Shown: piece after piece, positions 63,233 through 64,000 of the stretch
How the letters are laid out: each line of letters opens with the position of its first letter
Numbering within the stretch: the stretch's first letter is position 1
DNA from: the human T2T-CHM13v2.0 reference genome, Homo sapiens
Length of the DNA: 64,000 bases
NCBI RefSeq assembly: GCF_009914755.1
Contig: NC_060926.1
Strand: one strand, 5' to 3'
The notes under the pieces: generated by a model
Database searches by the model: none
What the model was told of the DNA's origin: nothing
Seen by the model: only the letters and a program-made list of their open reading frames with translations
Made by a program: the position numbers and the translations under genes

Positions 63233-64000
63233 ATGACAGGATCAAATTCACACATAACAATATTAACCTTAAATGTAGATGGGCTAAATGCTCCAATTGA
63301 AAGACACAGACTGGCAAATTGGATAGAGAGTCAAGACCCATCAGTGTGCTATATTCAGGAAACCCATCTCATGTGCAGAGACACATAGGCTCAAAATAAA
63401 GGGATGGAGGAAGATCTACCAAGCAAATAGAAAACAAAAAAAGGCAGGGGTTGCAATCCTAGTCTCTAATAAAACAGACTTTAAACCAACAAAGATCAAA
63501 AGAGACAAGGCCGTTACATAATGGTAAAGGGATCAATTCAACAAGAAGAGCTAACTATCCTAAATATATATGCACCCAATACAGGAGCACCCAGAGTCAT
63601 AAAGCAAGTCCTTAGAGACCTACAAAGAGACTTAGACTCCCACACAATAATAATGGGAGACTTTAACACCCCACTGTCAACATTAGACAGATCAACGAGA
63701 CAGAAAGTTAACAAGGATATCCTGGAATTGAGCTCAGCTCTGCACCAAGCGGACCTAATAGACATCTACAGAACTCTCCACCCCAAATCAACAGAATATA
63801 CATTCTTCTCAGCACCACACCGTACTTATTCCAAAATTGACCACATAGTTGGAAGTAAAGCACTCCTCAGCAAATGTAAAAGAACAAATTATAACAAACT
63901 GTCTCTCAGACCACAGTGCAATCAAACTAGAACTCAGGATTAAGAAACTCACTCAAAACTGCTCAACTACATGGAAACTGAACAACCTGCTCCTGAATGA
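63233..64000 (+). pseudogene. L1 ORF2p endonuclease domain, disabled
   Basis: MTGSNSHITILTLNVDGLN...IQETHL; stop at ...GAC ACA TAG (~63388); later GDFN and SKIDH motifs lie in shifted frames. Confidence 0.93.

Larger units (their letters stand above)
61131..64000 (+). mobile_element. 5'-complete L1PA (about PA4-PA6 age), sense to SMARCAL1 in intron 12; runs off the window
   Basis: GGGGCGGTTCCAAGATGGCCG start with the YY1 site, ~1.03-kb 5'UTR, ORF1 ATG 62158, 63-nt spacer, ORF2 ATG 63233. Confidence 0.95.

Noticed and set aside
62777-63943. 130-aa and 140-aa ORFs as functional L1 proteins
   Set aside because: They are fragments of ORF1 and ORF2 downstream of stops and frameshifts; the element is not autonomous.

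Overview
Human (primate) genomic DNA. It holds about 18.5 kb of repeat-rich upstream sequence, then the CpG-island promoter and the 5' two-thirds of SMARCAL1 (SNF2-family annealing helicase/fork remodeller, HARP) on the + strand. I traced a 37-nt non-coding exon and ten coding exons (ATG at 21128 to 57478; 2070 nt, 690 codons). They splice into one open frame: RPA32-binding N-terminus, two HARP domains and SNF2 ATPase motifs I-III. The gene continues beyond the window. The window ends inside a 5'-complete but decayed, sense-oriented L1PA element. The rest is Alu, MaLR/ERV1 solo LTRs, L2/MIR and DNA-transposon fossils. Most ORF-track entries are chance or Alu-derived ORFs. I found no evidence of a wholly new biological system. 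The best leads are: an open, extended L1 ORF0 antisense to SMARCAL1; two splice-created uORFs; a GC-AG intron inside a HARP exon duplication that could yield an in-frame single-HARP chimera; a CTCF site with its upstream motif; nested transposons; and an unusual short Alu variant. Repeat boundaries are approximate, and subfamily names come from recalled consensus similarity, not from a RepeatMasker run.
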